Source: Candidatus Obscuribacterales bacterium (GTDB lineage: Bacteria; Cyanobacteriota; Vampirovibrionia; Obscuribacterales; Obscuribacteraceae). Taken from it: 64,000 nt of DNA. Location: the NCBI GenBank assembly GCA_965228855.1, contig CBDDIJ010000002.1, positions 768,001 to 832,000 on the forward strand, read 5' to 3'. The position numbers were made by a program, and so were the translations under genes. Under the pieces are notes generated by a model, which worked only from the letters and a program-made list of their open reading frames with translations, ran no database searches and was not told where the DNA came from. This document shows, piece after piece, positions 57,492 through 64,000 of this stretch (position 1 is its first letter; every line of letters begins with the position of its first letter).

Positions 57492-58712
57492 ATGAGTGAC
57501 AAGAAGAACAAAGTGTTTCTCGTGAGCGGCAGCCGGACCCCGATCGGGTCGTTCGGCAAGAGCTTGCGTTCCGTTCCTGTGGACAAGCTGGCAAGCCACA
57601 GCATGACCCACGCCATTCGGCGTGCTGGTATCGACGCCGGTCGACTCGGCGGCGTCATTCTCGGTCATGGTTACCAGACCTCGTACACGCCCAATACGGC
57701 GCGTGTCGCGTCGCTGGATGCCAATCTCCCCGCTACCGTTCCTGGCGTGACCGTACAGCGCCAGTGCGGCTCCGGCATGGAAGCCATCAACATGGCAAGC
57801 GAGAAGATCATGCTTGGCAAGGCCGACCTGATGCTCGCTGGCGGTGCCGAGTCCATGTCGACGATCCCGTATCTGATTCCCGGCGACCTGCGCTGGAACG
57901 GCTGGATCGCCAAGTACGTCAAGATCGCGCGCCTCGGGCCGCGTCCGACGCCGTTCGTTCTGGCTGACAACGGGCTTGCCCCGCTGAAGCTGATCAACGA
58001 CACCAAGACCGTCGCCATGGCCAAGACCGCTCAGCGTCTGGCCGAGACCTACGGCATCTCTCGCGAAGCCGCCGACGAGTACGCGCTGCGCTCGCAGCTG
58101 CTCGCCAACGAGGCAATCACGAGCGGACGTTTCGACCTCGAGATCGATCCGATTGCGGTCGGCTCCCGCGGTTTCTTCTCGCGTGATGAACACGCGCGCA
58201 AGACGAGCAAGGAAGCGCTCGCCAAGCTCGGTCCGGTGCTCGGCACTCGTCAGGTTACCGCGGGCAACAGCTCTGGTATCAATGACGGTGCGTGCATGGT
58301 CGTGCTGGCTTCCGAAAAGGCAGTCAACGAGCTCGGCTTGTCGCCGCTCGCCGTCCTGGTCGATCACGCCGTGGTTGGTGTGGACCCGGATCAGATGGGA
58401 CTAGGTCCCGTCGCTGCCATCACCAAGCTGCTCGACGACAACGGCCTGACGCTCGCCGACATTGACCTCATCGAGCTCAATGAGGCTTTCGCCGCCCAGT
58501 ATCTGGCGTGCGAGAAGCTGCTCGGACTGGACCGCAACAAGGTCAACGTCAACGGCGGCGCCATCGCGCTCGGTCACCCGATCGGCATGTCCGGCGCTCG
58601 CCTGCCCCTCACGCTCGCCTATGAGCTCAAGAAGCGCGGTCTGAAGCGTGGTATCGCTTCGCTGTGCATCGGCGGTGGCATGGGCATCGCTACCCTTATC
58701 GAGCTGCCCTAA
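57492..58712 (+). CDS. fadA: Acetyl-CoA C-acyltransferase (thiolase)
   Basis: [37 protein letters not shown]. Confidence 0.93.
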   Translation: MSDKKNKVFLVSGSRTPIGSFGKSLRSVPVDKLASHSMTHAIRRAGIDAGRLGGVILGHGYQTSYTPNTARVASLDANLPATVPGVTVQRQCGSGMEAINMASEKIMLGKADLMLAGGAESMSTIPYLIPGDLRWNGWIAKYVKIARLGPRPTPFVLADNGLAPLKLINDTKTVAMAKTAQRLAETYGISREAADEYALRSQLLANEAITSGRFDLEIDPIAVGSRGFFSRDEHARKTSKEALAKLGPVLGTRQVTAGNSSGINDGACMVVLASEKAVNELGLSPLAVLVDHAVVGVDPDQMGLGPVAAITKLLDDNGLTLADIDLIELNEAFAAQYLACEKLLGLDRNKVNVNGGAIALGHPIGMSGARLPLTLAYELKKRGLKRGIASLCIGGGMGIATLIELP

Positions 58713-58758
58713 CGGAGTTTTCTAACGGTTTAACCAGAAACCAGAGGACACAATAACC

Positions 58759-60960
58759 ATGTCAAAGGCCATCACTCTCAGTAAGCTCGGTAGCGGCATC
58801 GCCGTCATCACCATCGACCTTCCCGACAGCAAAATGAACCTGCTGTCGGGTTCGGTCATGACCGAGCTCAACGAAGCTTTGGACACCATCGAGCGCGACG
58901 GCTCGAAGGGCGTCATCATCGTCTCCGGCAAAGAAGGCAACTTCGGCGCCGGCGCCAACGTCGAGGAGATTCAGGCGCTCCAGAGCCAGCCTGCCATCAA
59001 GATCTACGAGGCGGCGAAGGACGGCAAACGGCTGTTCGCGCGTCTCGAGAAGCTCAACTCCATTGCGGCGATCAACGGCACGTGCCTGGGCGGCTTCACT
59101 GAGCTCACCCTGGGCTGCAAGTACCGCATCGCCACCTCCGATCCGAAGACCGAGATCGGTGTCCCCGAGGTGCTGCTCGGTTTCATCCCGGGCTGGGGCG
59201 GTACCGTGCGGCTGCCGCGGCTCATCGGAGCGCAGGCTGCGTTCAAGATGATTTCGACGGGCAAGGCCGAGTCGGGCTACAAAGCCTGGCGCCTGGGACT
59301 CGTCGATGAGATCGTCGCCAAGCACGAGCTCGTCGAGCGCGCCGCCGAGATTCTCCTGGGTTCCAAGCCCAAGCGCTATCAGCCGCGCTTCAAGGAAGGC
59401 ATCGTCCGCAAGCTCACGGCTGTCGGTCTGGAAGGAAACAGCCTCGGCCGTTCGCTCTTCCGCAAGATGGCGTCGCAGGCTGTTTACGCCGCCACCAAGG
59501 GCAAGTACCCGGCTCCGGTCGAGGCGCTCAAGGTCGTCATGGTCGCGCTTTCCGGTGACCGTGAGAAGGCTTTCGAAGCCGAGTCGCAGGCGTTCGCCAA
59601 GCTCGCCACCAGCCAGGTGTCGAAGAACCTGGTCAGCATTTTCTTCGGGCAGTCCGTGTCGAAGAAGATGGAAGGCGTCGCTCCGAACATCGACGTGAAG
59701 TCGGTCGGCGTTCTCGGCGCAGGCGTCATGGGTGCCGGCATCGCGCAGGCGGCGGCTTACAAGGGCTACACGGTCGTCCTCAAGGACATCGACCAGGCTG
59801 CGCTCGACAAGGGCATGGAGACCATTCGCGGTCTCTTCAAGGCGCTCGTCGACCGCAAGAAGCTCAGCCAGACCGAGATGGACGTGATCATGTCCGCGGT
59901 CAAACCGACGCTCGACTACGCCGACCTCGCCGACTGCGACCTCGTCATCGAGGCGGTCGTCGAGAAGATGAACGTGAAGAAGATGGTGCGCGCCGAGTGC
60001 GAGAAGGCCATCAGCAAGCCGTTCATCTTCGCCACCAACACGTCGTCGCTGTCTGTCGGCGGCATGACCGAAGAGCTGCGCAAGGGCGAAGAGCTGGTCG
60101 CTCCCGCCTCGCGCCATCCGGAGATGACGGTGGGCATCCACTTCTTCAACCCGGTGCACAAGATGCAGCTCGTCGAGGTCGTGCGCGGCTCGACCACCAG
60201 CGAGGAAACGCTGGCTGCGGCCAAGGCTTTCGTCGCCAAGCTCGGCAAGTTCCCGGTCCTGACCAACGACGCCCCCGGCTTCGTGGTCAACCGCATCCTC
60301 ACCCCGTACATGCGCGAAGCTATGGTGCTGGCCGAAGCCGGTGTTCCGATTCCGGACATCGAGAAGGCGGCGCTCAATTTCGGCATGCTCATGGGTCCCT
60401 TCACCCTGCTCGACGAAGTCGGTCTGGACATCGCCGGCCACGTCATCGAGACGCTTCACGGCGCCTTCGGTGATCGGCTGTCGCCCCCGCCGATTCTGTC
60501 GGTCGTGAAGGAGAAGAAGCTGCTCGGCCGCAAGGGTGGCAAGGGCATCTACCTCTACGACGAGAAGAACGACCGTCGCTTCGTCATGGAAGGCGGCCGC
60601 TTCTCGAAGAAGAAGAAGCGCTACCTGCTCAACCCGGAGATCACCGATGCCATCAAGGCGCCGGTGAATCGCAAGACCGAGGGCGAGATCCAGGATCGGC
60701 TCTTCCTTGCCATGGTCGCTGAAGCGGCGCTGGCGGTGCAGGAGAACGTGATCGAGGATCCGGCGCAGCTCGACTTCGCCATGATCTACGGAACCGGCTT
60801 CCCTCCGTTCATCGGTGGTCCGCTCGCCTACGCCGACGCGATGGGCACCTCTCTGGCTTACCAGAAGCTGCTCTATCTGTCGAAGGTCCACGGCGACAAC
60901 TACAAGCCCTGCGACCTCCTCAAGGAGAAGGGCGCCACCGGCGAACCGTTCCGCAAGTAA
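58759..60960 (+). CDS. fadJ: Fatty acid oxidation complex alpha subunit (enoyl-CoA hydratase / 3-hydroxyacyl-CoA dehydrogenase)
   Basis: GTCLGGFTEL, PEVLLGFIPGWGGT, GAGVMGAGIA, ATNTSSL, HFFNPV. Confidence 0.93.
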   Translation: MSKAITLSKLGSGIAVITIDLPDSKMNLLSGSVMTELNEALDTIERDGSKGVIIVSGKEGNFGAGANVEEIQALQSQPAIKIYEAAKDGKRLFARLEKLNSIAAINGTCLGGFTELTLGCKYRIATSDPKTEIGVPEVLLGFIPGWGGTVRLPRLIGAQAAFKMISTGKAESGYKAWRLGLVDEIVAKHELVERAAEILLGSKPKRYQPRFKEGIVRKLTAVGLEGNSLGRSLFRKMASQAVYAATKGKYPAPVEALKVVMVALSGDREKAFEAESQAFAKLATSQVSKNLVSIFFGQSVSKKMEGVAPNIDVKSVGVLGAGVMGAGIAQAAAYKGYTVVLKDIDQAALDKGMETIRGLFKALVDRKKLSQTEMDVIMSAVKPTLDYADLADCDLVIEAVVEKMNVKKMVRAECEKAISKPFIFATNTSSLSVGGMTEELRKGEELVAPASRHPEMTVGIHFFNPVHKMQLVEVVRGSTTSEETLAAAKAFVAKLGKFPVLTNDAPGFVVNRILTPYMREAMVLAEAGVPIPDIEKAALNFGMLMGPFTLLDEVGLDIAGHVIETLHGAFGDRLSPPPILSVVKEKKLLGRKGGKGIYLYDEKNDRRFVMEGGRFSKKKKRYLLNPEITDAIKAPVNRKTEGEIQDRLFLAMVAEAALAVQENVIEDPAQLDFAMIYGTGFPPFIGGPLAYADAMGTSLAYQKLLYLSKVHGDNYKPCDLLKEKGATGEPFRK

Positions 60961-61007
60961 GCTTCACTGTTTGAGATTGACAGAGTAGTTGGATAAACAA
61001 TCTCCGG

Positions 61008-61046
61008 CTGGACGGAAGGTGACCACAAGTCACCTTCCTCCAGTTT
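61008..61046 (+). terminator. Rho-independent terminator
   Basis: CTGGA.GGAAGGTGAC-CACAA-GTCACCTTCC.TCCAG followed by TTT. Confidence 0.75.
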
Positions 61047-61059
61047 GTCTAAACCTTCC

Positions 61060-61246
61060 CTACTAGATCGTATCGTGATACAAAGCTTTCAAGATGTTGT
61101 GAGAATTGCTACTAGATCGTATCGTGATGCAAAGCTTTCAAGACAGCCTCTCCGTAGCAGTTTCCAGATTTGTGCGTTTGTGGTTTGGTGTTTTTGGCAA
61201 CGAGAGAGCGACGATTTATCCAAATTCCGTCAATGCCACGTAGACA
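61060..61246. repeat. Copy C of the dispersed element with duplicated left terminal motif
   Basis: 35-bp direct repeat at 61060-61094 and 61109-61143 (1 mismatch); core 61192-61246. Confidence 0.8.
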
Positions 61247-61703
61247 GTTTGGTTGACCCTGGAGTCTGAAACCCCCGAAGTCTCTCTGTGCAGGGTTTTA
61301 CTGAGACGGACTTTACGGAGAGCTGGATTAGACGGTGGGTGGCTGAGGGCGCCGTGCGTGAGCTTCGCATCATAAATTCTGCGTGACTGCACCGTTACGG
61401 CTTGCGCTAAGGAACTGGAAACGCCGTGCGGACGGCGATGTTACGGGGTTTTAAGTGTTTCATTTCGAAATGTATTGGTGATTACTAGCGAGGCCAACTG
61501 ATAAACAGAGATGTCAACATTCTCGTCTCTGCCTCAGGAGTTCATCGTCACGCGTTCCTGAAACTCCCTCTCATTCGAAGCTTTTCGTGTCTCTTCATGG
61601 AGTCGCGTCATGGTTCGTCTGGCTGGAGAACGAGAACGGCCGCCTTTCCGCGGTCGTCGTTGAATCCACTCACGCATTGAACACAACCAAATCAGGAGTT
61701 CAA

Positions 61704-62900
61704 ATGACCAAGAAGATCGTGGTTCTCGCTGCTGCGCTGGCGGCGGCTTTGTCGTTCGCCACCTCTCAGGCGGCGTTCGCTCAGGCTCAGGTTCAAACGC
61801 AAGCAGCGGCCCTGCCGGTCGTGACGCCGCAGACGGTCGATGCAGAGCTCGCCGGCGATAAGCCGGTTTTCATCATCCTGACCGGCGCGGACTGCAACGT
61901 CTGCACCGAGATTGCGAAGCTCGCAGCGAAGTACCCGCAGATGAAGTTCCTCCAGGGAAAGGCTAGCGACTTCGATTCTCCGGATGTCGTCCACGTCGGA
62001 ATCCTCCCGCTCGCCATCGTCAGCGTCCCCGGCGTCGGCCCGACGTTCCAGCTGGAGAAGTTCGCCCCCGCCGACCTCGACAAGTTCATCGCGGAACGTG
62101 TGACTGTCGCGATGCGTCAGACTGCTGCTTCCAACAAGGTCTCAGCGGTGCGCGAGAACATCAAGACGACTTCGCAGCCGTTCAACGAAGACCTCGCGAA
62201 GCTGAACGCCGAGTACAAAGAGCTGTGGAAGCCCTACGCTGATCGCATCGATGCGGAGCGCCTCAAGGCCGCGAAGGCGACGGCACCGTTCGAAGCACAA
62301 CTCACCGCTCTCTCGAAGAAGGCGAACGACGAACGCGATCCGCTCGTCGCCAAGCTTCGCGAAATCGAGGGTCGAGCCCGCGCTGCCGTGGAGGCGGATT
62401 CGGAGATCGTGGCGCACACGAAGACGATCGGCGACCTGCGCAAGTCCTTTGCCGATGCGGAAGCCGAACTTGAGCAGCTCAAGGAGAAGGGCGTCGACGG
62501 CAAAGATGCCGCCTTCAAGGCGGTGACCGACAGGATGAGTGCGCTCGACAAGTCATTCGGCGACACGATTGCGGCTGGTCGCGCTCGTACCGTCGAGGTC
62601 ATGAAGCCGTTCGCGGAAGAGGCCAAGCCGGTTGCCGCGCAGCTCGAAGCCGTCGAAAAGAAGTTTGGTCCTCAGATCGCCGACCTCTATGCCAAGATCG
62701 AGCAGGCATCGAAGCCGTTCGCGGACGAAGCCAGCAAGATCTCTGCCGAAGGGAAGCTCATGCTCAAGCCGCACTTCGACGAGGTGGACACCGTCAAGGC
62801 CAACAAGAAGCGCGCGCTCAAGCCGCTGTTCGACGAGCTGAAGACAGCAATGGGCGAACTGGAGAAGGTTCTCGACGAGACCGCCGCGCCGGCGAAGTAA
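61704..62900 (+). CDS. Secreted protein: thioredoxin-like CxxC domain plus long helical-repeat coiled coil
   Basis: RBS AGGAG; signal peptide; KPVFIILTGADCNVC; repeated [KAQ]P[FY] helices. Confidence 0.8.
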   Translation: MTKKIVVLAAALAAALSFATSQAAFAQAQVQTQAAALPVVTPQTVDAELAGDKPVFIILTGADCNVCTEIAKLAAKYPQMKFLQGKASDFDSPDVVHVGILPLAIVSVPGVGPTFQLEKFAPADLDKFIAERVTVAMRQTAASNKVSAVRENIKTTSQPFNEDLAKLNAEYKELWKPYADRIDAERLKAAKATAPFEAQLTALSKKANDERDPLVAKLREIEGRARAAVEADSEIVAHTKTIGDLRKSFADAEAELEQLKEKGVDGKDAAFKAVTDRMSALDKSFGDTIAAGRARTVEVMKPFAEEAKPVAAQLEAVEKKFGPQIADLYAKIEQASKPFADEASKISAEGKLMLKPHFDEVDTVKANKKRALKPLFDELKTAMGELEKVLDETAAPAK

Positions 62901-62927
62901 TCGAGCAGCCCAAACATCAGTAGTGGA

Positions 62928-62961
62928 GCGGATGGCGAGAGATAATCTCGCCGTCCGTTTT
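62928..62961 (+). terminator. Rho-independent terminator
   Basis: GCGGATGGCGAGA...TCTCGCCGTCCGT followed by TTT. Confidence 0.75.
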
Positions 62962-62974
62962 CTTGGATCTTTTG

Positions 62975-63276
62975 CTACTAGATCGTATCGTGATGGTTTC
63001 GTTTAAAAAACCTGATAGCGCCAGTTGTTTCGTGGGACGTGATGTTTAGAGCGATGTTTTTGGCAACGAGAGAGCGACGATTTCTCGTGATTCCGTCATA
63101 GCCAGATAGACAGCCCAGAGCTATCGGAAAGACGTGTGTCTCTAGATGGTCTGTAGGGCATGTTCTAGAGGATTCGTCCTCACTGTGCGAGATAGTAGCG
63201 AGGTTTGGGCTTAGCCTCACTGGATAGTAGTGGGGTTTGGACTTAGTCTCACTGTGCAAGATGGTAGCGGGGGTTT
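62975..63276. repeat. Copy D of the dispersed element (62975-63198) with right terminal motif tandemly reiterated to 63276
   Basis: CTACTAGATCGTATCGTGAT at 62975; core 63058-63112; about three tandem CTCACTG...GATRGTAG units at 63178-63276. Confidence 0.8.
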
Positions 63277-64000
63277 ACTGGGTAAGGGGAGACAGCAGGG
63301 ATACGCGTCGCTCAAGCTCTTCGGCAGCCAGTCCCGCGAATGGAATTAGAAACTGATTCAGTTGTGCTCCGGACACATAGTACGGCGCCGTGCTGGTAAG
63401 GGGTAAACCCGCATCAGCTGCGGCTGATACGAATCCACGGTCCATAAGTCGTTGAGAGATTCGGATACACAAATGCAGACCGGCGCTCTGGCGTGGGACC
63501 TCGATTTCTGTTTTGAACAAAGTGAACAGCGCTCCAGTAAGAGCTTTCCGGCGTTTCTCGTAATGCGGTTTGGTTTTCTTCACGTGCAGAGCAAGTGCGC
63601 CTGTGCGCAGGAACTCAGCTAGTGCGTAGTGTTCGAGGATGGGAAACTGCCGTTCTGACAGGAATTTTACGCGTTCGAATACGGGCACCAGGGACGGTGG
63701 CACGACGGCGCAACCCGCTGTCGTCAAAGGGTAAAGAAGTTTCCAAAAGCTATACACGTAGATGACGCGCTCGTTATCATCCATTCCCTGCAGCGCCGGT
63801 AGTGGTGGATTGAGGTACGAAAAGTCGCTATCCCAGGCGTCTTCAATGATGTAGCTGTCGTTGCGCTTCGCCCAATCCAGCAGTTTTTTCCTTCGCTCCG
63901 GCGATAGAATTGTCCCTGTGGGATCGTGATAGGACGGCGTGACATAGGCTAATTTAGCCGCTTGCGACTCAAACTGATCCACCTGTATTCCGTCGATGTC
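63275..64000 (-). CDS. Third MocR-type regulator (5' part outside the window)
   Basis: YVTPSYHDPTG, IIEDAWDSDF, SFWKLLYP, SAGLH. Confidence 0.9.
   Translation of the reverse strand, partial: DIDGIQVDQFESQAAKLAYVTPSYHDPTGTILSPERRKKLLDWAKRNDSYIIEDAWDSDFSYLNPPLPALQGMDDNERVIYVYSFWKLLYPLTTAGCAVVPPSLVPVFERVKFLSERQFPILEHYALAEFLRTGALALHVKKTKPHYEKRRKALTGALFTLFKTEIEVPRQSAGLHLCIRISQRLMDRGFVSAAADAGLPLTSTAPYYVSGAQLNQFLIPFAGLAAEELERRVSLLSPLTQ

Noticed and set aside
58762..60891. 709-aa antisense ORF (also 56099-57148, 57465-58367, 11225-12481, 54200-55309)
   Set aside because: In-frame shadows of genes with strong codon bias; no independent motifs.
61060..61143. Possible CRISPR array from 35-bp direct repeats
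   Set aside because: Only two units with a 14-bp gap and no cas genes; explained as element termini.
63178..63276. Possible CRISPR array
   Set aside because: Units are contiguous without unique spacers.
1..64000. tRNA, rRNA, prophage or cas genes
   Set aside because: None recognised by eye; no covariance search was run.

Overview
This is a 64-kb bacterial chromosomal segment containing the replication origin. A cyanobacterial-type ClpC and YidC, with no photosynthesis genes in the window, suggest a non-photosynthetic cyanobacterial relative (Vampirovibrionia/Melainabacteria); this is an inference. The core genes are dnaN-oriC-dnaA / rpmH-rnpA-yidD-yidC-jag, ftsH, prsW, glgB, aidB, coaE, tsaE, topA and clpC. 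There are also three divergent MocR regulators, a 1894-aa UvrD fusion protein and a lipid-degradation cluster (FadD / patatin / thiolase / FadJ). Five observations stand out. (1) A complete IS110 element (6694-7951) has a non-coding end that folds as a bridge RNA; all four guides match its own donor junction and target site, and circularisation rebuilds a sigma70 promoter. (2) Its target is the arm of a dispersed 52-bp palindrome found five times. (3) That palindrome is the centre of a ~225-240 bp CTACTA...TAGTAG-bounded element, which in all five copies lies 11-14 bp from the terminator of a gene with strong C/G third-position bias. (4) The oriC has non-canonical DnaA boxes, paired with an altered DnaA recognition helix. 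(5) A candidate structured ncRNA lies at about 53.1 kb. All calls are by eye; no database searches were run.
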